A stretch of 64,000 nt of DNA from Acidobacteriota bacterium. GTDB lineage: Bacteria > Acidobacteriota > Thermoanaerobaculia > Multivoradales > Multivoraceae. Each line of letters opens with the position of its first letter. Positions within the stretch are counted from its first letter, which is position 1. This document shows positions 10,888 to 20,762 of this stretch, one piece after another. The stretch spans positions 1,274-65,273 of the forward strand of contig QQVD01000018.1 of NCBI GenBank assembly GCA_003388555.1, in the 5' to 3' direction. The notes under the pieces were generated by a model. The model did no database searches, was not told the origin of the DNA, and saw nothing but the letters and a program-made list of their open reading frames with translations. The position numbers were made by a program, and so were the translations under genes.

Positions 10888-11863
10888 TCAGCCGGCGAGG
10901 ATGCGCTGGCGCTCCTCTTCGTCGAGGCCCTTGAGCTCCTCGATGACCGATTCCAGGGCCCGGATCAGGTCACTCGGATCGACCTCCGACTGCTTGAAGC
11001 TGAGTGACAGGCTGTAGCGCTTGTCGGGAGCCCGGAAACGGAAGGTGTACGGCTTGCGGCGCGGCGGCTTGCGACGGGCCGCGGGCGCACCGTCCGCCTT
11101 CTCGGCCGCCTCGCGGCGCTGCTTGACCTCCTCGCGCAGCTCGCGCCGGTTCAGTCCGAGGGTCGAGACGCGCTCGAGCAGGCGGATCATCTCGTCCTCG
11201 TCGTCGGCCTTGAGTACCTCCAGGAGGATCGACTTCGAATGCACGTCCAGGGCCTGGACCGCTTCGCGCACCCGCTCGGGCATCTGCAGCAGCGCGAAGG
11301 ACTCGGTGACCACCACCCGCGACTTCCCCACCGCCTCGGCGATCTGCTCGTGGGTGTAGCCGTACTGGTCGGCGAGCGCCCGGTAGCCCTCGGCCTCCTC
11401 GAAGGCGGTGAGGTCCTTGCGCTGCAGGTTCTCGATCAGGGCGATCTCGAGCGCCTCCTGCTCGGTCACCTCCATCTCGATCGCCGGGATCTCCAGCAGG
11501 CCCGCCTGAAGCGACGCACGGTAGCGACGCTCGCCCGAGATGATCCGGTAGATCGCTCCGTCCTCCTCGGCGCCATCACGTCCGTCGCGGTCCTCGTCGG
11601 ACAGCCGGCGCACGAGGATCGGCTCCAGCACGCCCTTGCTGCGGATCGACGCGACCAGGTCTCCGAGGTCCCCGATCATCGAACGAGGCTGGTCGGGGTC
11701 GGGCTCGATCGAGGACAGCGACAACATCCTCCCCACCGAGACCTCGTTGCGCTGCGACAACTCGTCGACGAAGTGCTGGCTGTGCCTCATCCTCACCCGC
11801 TTCGGCAGTCCCCGTTTCTTGCTCGCGTTGCTCGAGGCCGAGACCCTTCTGGCGCTCGCTGGA

Positions 11864-11871
<8 letters not shown>
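10888..11871 (-). CDS. parB: Chromosome partitioning protein ParB/Spo0J
   Basis: 327 aa, ParB box (…GERRYRASLQAGLLEIPAIE…), HTH and C-terminal dimerisation region. Overlaps parA by 8 nt. Confidence 0.93.
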
Positions 11872-12625
<754 letters not shown>

Positions 12626-12669
12626 TGTGCGCCGGAGTGTAGACCTCGCGATGCGACCCGGTCAACGAA

Positions 12670-13369
12670 ATGTCGGCCGGCCGACCACAACATGTACTCG
12701 TGAGGAGCGCTAAGTACCACAAAATGTGGTGTTAAGGGGCCGCGAAGGCGAGACGTGTTCGTCGGCCGATGCAGTGGACGGTCCACGGCCCGGTCGGCGT
12801 CGCGCCTCCGTCGCTGCGCTCGTCCCGCTCCGATCTCGACCTCAGGCGAGCGGCCACTGTTCGGCCGGTGACATGATCTCCTGCCCAGCCCACTGAGGGG
12901 CATCGTAAAGGCGGATGTCGGCCGGCCGACATCAGGCGACGGTGCCAGGAGTACCCGGGCGAGTGGTCGCGCGGGCGAACGTGTTCTTCGGCCGATGCAG
13001 GACACGCTCCATGGCCCGGTTAGCGTCGCGCCTCCGCCGTTGCCGTGTCCTAGCATCGACCCTCGAGCTCGGGCGAGCGGCCACTGATCGGCCGGCTTCA
13101 TCGTCTCCGACCACCGGCCAGGACAGCTGTTGGTGGGCAAGGGACCAGAGCGTCGGCGCCATCGTCCGGTCAGCCGAAGGACGGCTGTCGGAGCACGAGG
13201 ACCGAGGAAGAGGGTGAGCTCCGAGCTGTGTCGGCCGGCCGACATCCCTGCAAGCGAGAGCCATCAGCTCATCGTCTCCGGCTCAGGCCCACAGCGAAGC
13301 ATCCGCTGGCCGTGGCATCTTCTCGTCGGCCGATACAGTGGTCTTCGGCGCGCGGCCACTGATCGCCCT
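12670..13369. repeat. Non-coding array of about 3 degenerate tandem repeat units (about 225-340 bp each) with GC palindromes
   Basis: Each unit carries shared blocks: GTGTTCGTCGGCCGATGCAG (12756, 12981, 13319), GGCCCGGTNRGCGTCGCGCCTCCG (12787, 13013), GGCGAGCGGCCACTGWTCGGCCGG (12845, 13073, 13349) and the palindrome TGTCGGCCGGCCGACA. The palindrome occurs at 12670-12685 (one arm mismatch), 12915-12932 (perfect 18-mer ATGTCGGCCGGCCGACAT) and 13229-13244 (perfect 16-mer). ORFs here (MSAGRH...) have A/T-rich third positions, so the region is non-coding. Confidence 0.75.
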
Positions 13370-13453
13370 TGTACCGCTGGGTCCGATCAGCGGCGCGCTC
13401 CGCGCGTCCGCCGCATCGGACCTCGTTCGGCGCGCCGAAGGCCGCGCCGAACG

Positions 13454-14017
13454 CTACATGGTGTATTTGCCGAGGTCGTCGGGATCGAGGTTCTCGAACC
13501 AGCGCTTCAACTCTTCGTCCCGCCGGGTCTCCGGCTCGGGGCGCGAGGTCAGCGCGGCGAACACCTGCTCGCCGACGAAGAGCTCGGCGTCGGCGCGCAG
13601 CGCCAAGGCGACTGCGTCGGAGGGCCGGGCGTCGACGTCGAACAGCTCGTCGCCCTGCTGCAGCCGCAGCGAGGCGTAAAAGGTGCCTTCCTCGAGCGAG
13701 TGGATGACCACCGCGATGAGCTGCACGTCGAGCGACTCGAGCAGATCCGCCATCAGGTCGTGGGTCAGCGGTCGCGGCGGCTCGGTGCCCTCGAGCTGCA
13801 TCTGGATGGCGCTCGCCTCGAAGAGGCCGATCCAGATCGGCAAGATGCGACGCCCCTCCTCGCCCGCCGAGGCGAGGTCTTCGATGCCGTCCTCCGAACC
13901 GGGCTCGTCTTCGGCCCCGCTCTCTTGGAGGATCAGGACCGGCGTGTTCTGTGCCGGATCGAGCAGCAGCGTCTTGACCTGCATCGGCACGAGACGGCCC
14001 TGGAGCGGATCTCTCAT
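13454..14017 (-). CDS. Bifunctional nuclease family protein (DUF151/BFN)
   Basis: 187 aa, BFN-like core (…VLILQESGAEDEP…RILPIWIGLFEASAI…THDLMADLLESLDVQLIAVVIHSLEEGTFYASL…). True start may be the internal Met (MQVKT, 13984). Confidence 0.75.
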   Translation of the reverse strand: MRDPLQGRLVPMQVKTLLLDPAQNTPVLILQESGAEDEPGSEDGIEDLASAGEEGRRILPIWIGLFEASAIQMQLEGTEPPRPLTHDLMADLLESLDVQLIAVVIHSLEEGTFYASLRLQQGDELFDVDARPSDAVALALRADAELFVGEQVFAALTSRPEPETRRDEELKRWFENLDPDDLGKYTM

Positions 14018-14132
14018 CGCGGCTTCGATTGTGTGTCCCGCGCAGATCCTGCGTCAAGGCGTGTGACGACGCCTGCTCTGCCCGCCGTGATCCTCCATCG
14101 GCGGGCCGGCGAGTACCTCCGCGGAGTCGGTC

Positions 14133-15584
14133 TCAGGCGGCGCGGCCGAGCAGGCTGTGAGGGTGCGCCCGAGTGACTTCGACATCGACGAGGCCGCCGG
14201 CAGGAGTCCGCTCGAGGTCGCCGCGGAAGTGCACGATGCGGTGGCAGTCGGTGCGGCCCGAGAGGTAGCCCTCCTGCCTGCTGGGACCGGTCACCAGGAC
14301 CGCATGACGCGAGCCGACCAGCTCTTCATTGAGCTGCCGCTGGATCGTCGACTGTTCCGCGAAGAGAGCCTGGAGTCGCGCATCGGCGACCTCGGAGGGG
14401 ACTGGCTCGTCACGCAGGCGCAGTGCCGGGGTGCCGGGCCGCGGCGAGTACTTGAAGGCGTAGACCGAGCTGAAGCGGGTGCGTCGCACCAGGTCGAGGG
14501 TGCGCTCGAACTGCTCGTCGGTCTCGCCCGGGAAGCCGACGATCAGATCGGTGGAAAGCGCCAGCCGAGGTCGTGCGGCACGGAGCTTGGCGACCAGCTC
14601 GTCGTACGCGGCGATCTCGTAGCCCCGGCCCATCCTGCGCAGCACCTGATCGTCGCCCGACTGCACCGGCAGGTGCAGATACGAGCTGATGTTCGGGTGT
14701 CGTGCGAAGCACTCCACCATCTCGTCGGAGAAGTCGCGCGGATAGGAGGTCACGAAGCGCAGCCGCTGGACGCCGTCGAGACCCGCCACCTGGTGCAGCA
14801 GGTCGGCGAAGTCACGCTCCGGCTGCTCGGGCTCGCGCCAGTGGTTGACGGTCTGCCCGAGCAACTCGATCTCGACGAAGCCCTCGGCGACGAGGCGCTC
14901 GACCTCGCGCACGATCTCGCGGGCCGGTCGACTGCGCTCCGGGCCGCGAGTGGTCGGCACGATGCAGAAGGTGCATCGCTTGTCACAGCCTTCGACGATC
15001 GTGACCATGCCCTTGTACTGGCCGTCGCGGCTGATCGCGTCGAGATCGAACTCACGGTCCTGGGGGAAGCCGGTCGCGACGGTGCGCTCGCCGGTGCGAC
15101 GCACGTGATCGAAGACCTTGCGGAACTCCCCCACCCTCCCCGTGCCGATCACGAAGTCGAGCTCGGGCACGCGGCGCAGCGCCTGCTCCCCCTCCTGCTG
15201 GGCGACGCAGCCGCAGAAGCCGATCCGCACCTGCCGGTCCTGTCGACGCTTCAGCAGCCGGTACTCGCCGAGGCGCGAGTACGCCTTGTGCGCCGCCTTC
15301 TCGCGCACCGAGCACGAATTGAGCAGGATGACGTCGGCTTCGTCGGCGCGGTCGGTCGGCAGCAGCCCCTGTTGCACCAGCTGGCCGGCGAGCCGCTGGC
15401 TGTCCAACTCGTTCATCTGGCAGCCCCAGGTCTCGATGAAGAAGCGTTCTTGCGACTCGCTTCTCGACCGCTCTGGCGGCGACGTCTGGCCCGCCTCGCC
15501 GACGGCGCCGTCACTGGCCTCCGTGGGGCATTCTGGCTTCGAGGATCTGCTGCTCATGTCGGTCTCGGGATCTCGGGTAGTCAT
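14133..15584 (-). CDS. miaB: tRNA-2-methylthio-N6-dimethylallyladenosine synthase MiaB (radical SAM methylthiotransferase)
   Basis: FFIETWGCQMNELDS MTTase N-domain, radical-SAM CxxxCxxC (GCDKRCTFCIVP), C-terminal TRAM. Start placed at ATG 15584; ATG 15557 is an alternative. Confidence 0.88.
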   Translation of the reverse strand: MTTRDPETDMSSRSSKPECPTEASDGAVGEAGQTSPPERSRSESQERFFIETWGCQMNELDSQRLAGQLVQQGLLPTDRADEADVILLNSCSVREKAAHKAYSRLGEYRLLKRRQDRQVRIGFCGCVAQQEGEQALRRVPELDFVIGTGRVGEFRKVFDHVRRTGERTVATGFPQDREFDLDAISRDGQYKGMVTIVEGCDKRCTFCIVPTTRGPERSRPAREIVREVERLVAEGFVEIELLGQTVNHWREPEQPERDFADLLHQVAGLDGVQRLRFVTSYPRDFSDEMVECFARHPNISSYLHLPVQSGDDQVLRRMGRGYEIAAYDELVAKLRAARPRLALSTDLIVGFPGETDEQFERTLDLVRRTRFSSVYAFKYSPRPGTPALRLRDEPVPSEVADARLQALFAEQSTIQRQLNEELVGSRHAVLVTGPSRQEGYLSGRTDCHRIVHFRGDLERTPAGGLVDVEVTRAHPHSLLGRAA

Positions 15585-15642
15585 CTCCGCCCGCCTGTGG
15601 TGGGGAGCGTCGGCACCGGGGCTCCTCGCGCCACCCTGAGAC

Positions 15643-16632
15643 TCAGGGGCGTCGGCGCGGCGGATCGACCACGATCGGTTCGCCTGGTTCCGCCTCGCCG
15701 AGCTGCTCACCCGCGTCCGCCTCGGGGTCCTCCACCGGCTCGAGCTCGATGCCTTCGCGCAACCAGCCCGGCAGCGCTCCGGCGCGCCGGCCGCGCTCGA
15801 GCAGATCCTCGAGCTCGTCGCGAAACCGCTGCATCTCCTCCTTGGCCTCCTCGATGCGGTCCAGGGTGCGGTCCCAGGCAGGCTTGATCTCCCGGTCGCG
15901 GTAGAAGGGGTCGTCGGCGGCGTAGAACTCGTTGCGCAGGCGTGCGGCGTCGGCTTCTAGCTCGGGCACCGAGTCGTAGGCCTCGCGCCAGGCGAGCCGC
16001 AGCCGCAGCGCCTCGGAGCGCCAGTACTCTTCTCCCTCAGGGCCGCCGACCGCCAGAGCCTCCTCGGCCGCGGCGAGCTCCTCCTTGTCGATGGGCCCGC
16101 TGCCGATGGTGACCTTGACGTCCTTGGCGTACTCGGCGAGGTTCTCGTCGTCGATCACGGCGATCGGCGGCGCCGATCGACGGCGGCGGTCGCGCTCGGC
16201 GACGCTGGCCTGGTGCAGACGAGAGCTCAGGTCCGTCTGCTGGCTGGCGCCCCGGCCGATCCAGACCGTCGTCGGATCCCCGTCGCCGTCACGGTCCTCG
16301 GCCCCGTTCTCCGGGTCGCGGGGGTGAGGGCCTGGCGATGCGGCGGCGCGCGGCTCGGTCTCGGTCGGGCCACGGTCCGCAGCGGCGGAGCTGCCGGGCG
16401 CCACGGGCGGCTCCAGCTCCGGGCGCTGGGTCACGGTCGCAGGACCGGCCACGGTCTGTGGGGTCAGATCCTGCTCCGCGGTCGTTCCGCATGCTGAAAC
16501 CAGTACCGCAGCCGCGCACAGGGCACAGCTCTTCCCCACCCACGACGGCCACCGGTTCAGGGCGCGGCGATACCAGCCGTGGCGCAGGCGTTCCGCTCGT
16601 GCTGTTCGGATCGATGCTGGTGTGGTGTCCAT
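15643..16632 (-). CDS. Hypothetical lipoprotein
   Basis: ORF 15643..17055 trimmed to ATG 16632 (MDTTPASIRTARAERLRHGWYRRALNRWPSWVGKSCALCAAAVLVSACG, lipobox-like). Coiled-coil/acidic C-terminal part. No recognised domain. Confidence 0.55.
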   Translation of the reverse strand: MDTTPASIRTARAERLRHGWYRRALNRWPSWVGKSCALCAAAVLVSACGTTAEQDLTPQTVAGPATVTQRPELEPPVAPGSSAAADRGPTETEPRAAASPGPHPRDPENGAEDRDGDGDPTTVWIGRGASQQTDLSSRLHQASVAERDRRRRSAPPIAVIDDENLAEYAKDVKVTIGSGPIDKEELAAAEEALAVGGPEGEEYWRSEALRLRLAWREAYDSVPELEADAARLRNEFYAADDPFYRDREIKPAWDRTLDRIEEAKEEMQRFRDELEDLLERGRRAGALPGWLREGIELEPVEDPEADAGEQLGEAEPGEPIVVDPPRRRP

Positions 16633-16982
16633 GGGGCTCGGCTCGCTTCTCGGGTGGAATCCAGGACGGGGGCACAGTTGCCCAGAAGGGGACGCTTCGG
16701 ATGCCGGCGACACCTCGGCCGCACCCGACGTCGGCGGCCCGCGCCTTCGATTCTGGAGTCTTCGCCGCGCGCGATCAACCCGGCACCGCACTCGGGTCGC
16801 CGCGGTCCCGGTAGAGCCCGTCGGCTCGCGAGACGCCGGGAGCGTTGCCAGAGCGTGCCGCCCGAGAGCAGGGTCGGGTCGCTGCGGCTCACCACGCCCG
16901 CGGTCCGAGGTCGTCGAGGAGGAGGCACGGCGCGGCGAATCGGCACCGGCACCAGATCCGGTCGTCGCGGACTCCTCACCGC

Positions 16983-18692
16983 TCAGCTGGTCAGCAACCG
17001 CTCGACCTCGCCCGCGGTCGCGCAGCTGCAGGCACGCTCCCAGAGCTCCTGGCAACCCGTCATCTCGAGCCCGGCGACGCGCTCGCGGACGCGATGGATC
17101 GCTCGCGGCGACATCGAGAGCTGACGCAGCCCGGCGCCCAGAAGCAGTGCGGTGGCGCGCGGGTCGCCGCCGATCTCGCCGCAGATCGACACCTCGACCC
17201 CGGCCTCGGCGGCGGCGCGCACCACCAGGTCGACGAGGCGGAGCACCGCCGGATGCAAAGGACGGTAAAGACCTGCGACGCGATCGTTGTTGCGGTCGAC
17301 AGCGAGCGTGTACTGGGTCAGGTCGTTGGTCCCGATGGCGAAGAAGTCGACCACCTTCGCAAGGTGGTGGGCGATCAGCGCCGCTCCCGGGACCTCGATC
17401 ATCGCCCCGATCGGCACGCTATCCGGCACTTCCACTCCGTGCTCGACCAACTCCCGCCGCACCTGACTCAAGAGGGCACGGAAGAGGAGAACCTCGTCCA
17501 CCGACGAGACCATCGGCACCATGATGCGGAGGTTTCCCACCGAGGCTGCACGCAGAAGGGCGCGCAGCTGCACGACGAAGACCTTGCGCTGGGTCAGCGT
17601 CAGTCTGACTCCACGCAGACCGAGGCTGGGGTTGGCCTCGTCGCTCTCACGGAATCCGCGACCGATCTCTCGTCCTCCGAGATCGAAGGTCCGGATGGTC
17701 ACCGGACGCGGTGCGTGGCTGCAGAGGAGGCGCTCGAAGGCCGCGAACTGCTCCTCTTCGGTGGGCAGCTCCGGCGCCCGCTCGATGTAGAGGAACTCAC
17801 TGCGGTACAGGCCGACTCCGTCGGAGCGGGCGGCGAGGGAGACGTTGATCTCGTCGAGGATCTCGATGTTCGACAGCAGGTCGATCTCGGCGCCGCAGAG
17901 GGTGCGGGTGGGGCCGACGCCGGCCTCAGGTTCGGGGAGATCGGAGCTCTCGTGGTCGACCCGCAGCTTGGCCTCGGCGATCTCGGTGGGATCCGGCCGC
18001 AGGCCGACGGTTCCCGTCTCGCCGTCGATGACCACCGCGGCCCCGTCGCGCACCTGGTTGCGCGCCTCGCGCACGCCGAGCACCAGTGGCAGCGACAACG
18101 CCCTGGCGACGATGACGGTGTGGGATCCCTCGCCGCCCCCTTCGAGCACGAAACCGGCGACACCGAGCCGGCCGAGGCGCAGTGCCTCTGCCGGCGTCAG
18201 CTCGTCGGCGACGATGATCGCGCCCCGGGCTCGACTGCCGAGCTCCTGCGGCGCTCCCTTCTGCAGGTTGGCGAGCAGGTAGCGCACCACGTCCTCGATG
18301 TCCTGGCCGCGCTCACGCAGATGAGCGGTCTCGATGCGGGCGAAGCGCGCACCCAGGTCCGCTCCGACCTCCTGCACCGCCCACTCGGCGTTCACCTTCT
18401 CGCCGCGGATCACGTCCTCGATCCGCTCGAGGAAGAGAGGGTCGTGGAGGATGAGGTCGTGGGCGTCGAAGATGCCGGCCAGTTCGCTGCCGACCTCGCG
18501 CTGCACCGACTGGCGGGTGCGAGCGAGCTCGCGCTCGATCTCCTCCACCGCCGCGGTCAGACGTCCCACCTCGGCCTCGACCTGATCGTCCTCGCTGGTG
18601 ATGCGGTAGACCGCCCCCAGCTCGCGCCGCAGCGCGACGGCTGGGCCGATGGCGAAGCCCCGCGACAGCCCCCTCCCTCGCAGTATCTGCAC
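16983..18692 (-). CDS. ptsI: Phosphoenolpyruvate-protein phosphotransferase (PTS Enzyme I)
   Basis: 569 aa, EI N-domain, His domain (GGGEGSHTVIVARALSLP) and PEP-utilising C-terminal domain (…IGTNDLTQYTLAVDR…CGEIGGDP…). Confidence 0.95.
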   Translation of the reverse strand: MQILRGRGLSRGFAIGPAVALRRELGAVYRITSEDDQVEAEVGRLTAAVEEIERELARTRQSVQREVGSELAGIFDAHDLILHDPLFLERIEDVIRGEKVNAEWAVQEVGADLGARFARIETAHLRERGQDIEDVVRYLLANLQKGAPQELGSRARGAIIVADELTPAEALRLGRLGVAGFVLEGGGEGSHTVIVARALSLPLVLGVREARNQVRDGAAVVIDGETGTVGLRPDPTEIAEAKLRVDHESSDLPEPEAGVGPTRTLCGAEIDLLSNIEILDEINVSLAARSDGVGLYRSEFLYIERAPELPTEEEQFAAFERLLCSHAPRPVTIRTFDLGGREIGRGFRESDEANPSLGLRGVRLTLTQRKVFVVQLRALLRAASVGNLRIMVPMVSSVDEVLLFRALLSQVRRELVEHGVEVPDSVPIGAMIEVPGAALIAHHLAKVVDFFAIGTNDLTQYTLAVDRNNDRVAGLYRPLHPAVLRLVDLVVRAAAEAGVEVSICGEIGGDPRATALLLGAGLRQLSMSPRAIHRVRERVAGLEMTGCQELWERACSCATAGEVERLLTS

Positions 18693-18711
18693 CGGTCTAT
18701 GGCTCCGTTTC

Positions 18712-18981
18712 TCAGCCGCCCTCGCCGAAGCGTGACTCGATCAGCTCTCTCAGGGCGTCGAAGCAGGCGTCCTCGTCCTCGCCGTCGCAGCGCAGCGTGA
18801 CCGTCTCGCCGCAAGGCGCCGCGAGCAGGAGCAGTCCGAGGATGCTCTTGCCTTCCACCTCCTGGTCGCCGTACGCGATCCGGACCTCGCAGTCGTACTG
18901 CGAAGCGCAGTGCACCAGCTTGGCCGAGGCACGGGCGTGCAGTCCGAGACGATTGCGGAGCTCGAGCTCGCCGCTGCGCAC
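18712..18981 (-). CDS. ptsH: Phosphocarrier protein HPr
   Basis: ORF 18712..19089 trimmed to in-frame GTG 18981 (VRSGELELRNRLGLHARASAKLV…EGKSILGLLLL…). His15 (GLHAR) and Ser46 (GKS) motifs present. Start one nt after the EIIA stop. Confidence 0.8.
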   Translation of the reverse strand: MRSGELELRNRLGLHARASAKLVHCASQYDCEVRIAYGDQEVEGKSILGLLLLAAPCGETVTLRCDGEDEDACFDALRELIESRFGEGG

Positions 18982-18982
18982 C

Positions 18983-19474
18983 TCAACACCCCTTCGCCGG
19001 TTCCGGCGCGGGCCGCGGGTCACCCTCGGCTGCTGCTGCCGGGCAGGCGGCGACCTTGCCGATCTCGATCGCGCACCGGGCCCTGTCACGCAAGACCCGA
19101 GCCGTGTCCTCGAGCGACAGTCCCGCGGTGGCGCTGCAGGCCAGCTTGAGCAGCATCGCGAGGTTGACTCCGCCGATCACCTGGACGCGACCGGGCCTGA
19201 CCAGCGTGGAGGCGGCGCGGAACGGGGTGTCGCCGTAGAGGGCGCAGAGGATCAGGATCGGCTCGGGGTCTTCCGAGACCTGCGAGACCTGCGAGACCTC
19301 CGGGATCTCGGTGATCTCCTCGAGGCGCCGCTCGATCGCCTCGCGTGCCTGGGCCACCCCGGCTTCCCAGGGGATGCACAGGGAGTGGAAGCCGGCGGCG
19401 GCGCCGTTGATCTGCTCCACGCTGTGCAGGAGCTCGGCGGCGAGGCCGCCGTGGGAGAGGACGAGCTTGAGCAA
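18983..19474 (-). CDS. PTS EIIA component, mannose/fructose/sorbose family
   Basis: 163 aa starting MLKLVLSHGGLAAELLHSVEQI (EIIA-Man His-domain pattern). Contains a short 9-bp x3 internal repeat (EVSQVSQVSE). Confidence 0.82.
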   Translation of the reverse strand: MLKLVLSHGGLAAELLHSVEQINGAAAGFHSLCIPWEAGVAQAREAIERRLEEITEIPEVSQVSQVSEDPEPILILCALYGDTPFRAASTLVRPGRVQVIGGVNLAMLLKLACSATAGLSLEDTARVLRDRARCAIEIGKVAACPAAAAEGDPRPAPEPAKGC

Positions 19475-19556
19475 GGAATCAGTCGGTGAGAGTGCAGGTG
19501 GGCTACGCGGCCTGAGGGGTATGCGTCGACTGCGGCAGAACAGAACGCCGTAGAGA

Positions 19557-20492
19557 CTACCGGCGATCGGTGTCGGGCGCCGTCACCGTCTCGCCGACGG
19601 GAGAGGCGTCGGTCTGCTCATGGCGGATGACGTCGCGGTGACTGATCCTCACGTTCCAGTTGGCCGCGGCCAGCCGTGACGCGAGCGCCTCCGCCATCGC
19701 CACCGATCGGTGACGTCCGCCGGTGCAGCCGATGCCGATCGTCAGGTAGCTGCGCAACTCGCGGCTGAAGTTCGGCAGCAGGAACTCGAGCAGCTTGAAC
19801 AACCGCTCTTCGAGCTCCCCGAACTCCGGTTTGCTGCGCAGGAACTCGACGATCTCCCGATCGAGACCCGAGAGCAGACGCAGCTCGGGCACGAAGTACG
19901 GGTTCGGCAGATACCGCACGTCGAACAACAGATCGGAGCCCGGCGGAATGCCACGTTTGAAGCCGAAACTGATCAGGTTCACCGTCAGGCCCGCCTGGTC
20001 GGCGCGCCGGTCCCCGAACTCCTGATCGATCTGGCGTCGAATCTCGTGGATCGTCCACTCGGACGTGTTCATCACCTTGTCGGCGAGGGCGCGGACGTCC
20101 TCGAGGGCCTGCCGCTCGCGCTGGATCCCCTCGCTGACCAGGCCGCTGGGCGCCAACGGATGGCGGCGACGGGTCTCGGAGTACCGGCGCAGCAGCACTT
20201 CGTCCGAGGTGTCGAGGAAGAGAACGAAGGGATCGATCGCGGCGCGGTCGACGCCGGCGAGCAGCTCCGGCAACGTCTCTGCGAGACCGGGAGTGCGCGC
20301 GTCGGTGACGACGGCGATCCGGTCGGCCGCCGGGATGTGTTCCCGCGGCGCCTCGAGCAGGTCTCGCAACAGGGTCACCGGGAGATTGTCCAGGCAGTAG
20401 TAGCCTAGGTCCTCCAGGCACTTGGCCACGGAGGACTTTCCGGCTCCCGAGAGGCCGGTGATCAGGATCACTTGAACGCGCTTCTGGGCCAT
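19557..20492 (-). CDS. rapZ: RNase adapter protein RapZ (YhbJ), P-loop NTPase
   Basis: ORF 19557..21290 trimmed to ATG 20492 (MAQKRVQVILITGLSGAGKSSVAKCLEDLGYYCLDNLP…). C-terminal RapZ domain (…GCTGGRHRSVAMAE…). Confidence 0.9.
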   Translation of the reverse strand: MAQKRVQVILITGLSGAGKSSVAKCLEDLGYYCLDNLPVTLLRDLLEAPREHIPAADRIAVVTDARTPGLAETLPELLAGVDRAAIDPFVLFLDTSDEVLLRRYSETRRRHPLAPSGLVSEGIQRERQALEDVRALADKVMNTSEWTIHEIRRQIDQEFGDRRADQAGLTVNLISFGFKRGIPPGSDLLFDVRYLPNPYFVPELRLLSGLDREIVEFLRSKPEFGELEERLFKLLEFLLPNFSRELRSYLTIGIGCTGGRHRSVAMAEALASRLAAANWNVRISHRDVIRHEQTDASPVGETVTAPDTDRR

Positions 20493-20762
20493 CCACTGAC
20501 TCGCCGGCCCGTGCCGGTCCGGCGACGAGAGCCACCGGCGGCTCGGCCGTCGGCGACCACGATCGCCGCGACGGTGAAACGAGGCTAGCAGCCCGTGGCC
20601 TGACTGTGTTGGGCTTCGAGCGGCGTCGGACGGATTCTTCCCCCACCGCCGCGATGACGAGCTGACGAGCGCCGGTCGCCGGGCGCTCCGTCGGCACGGC
20701 ACAACGGCAGCAGACCGTCGAGTGCACCGTGCGGCATCGCTCGACCCGTTAGGAGCAGAGGT

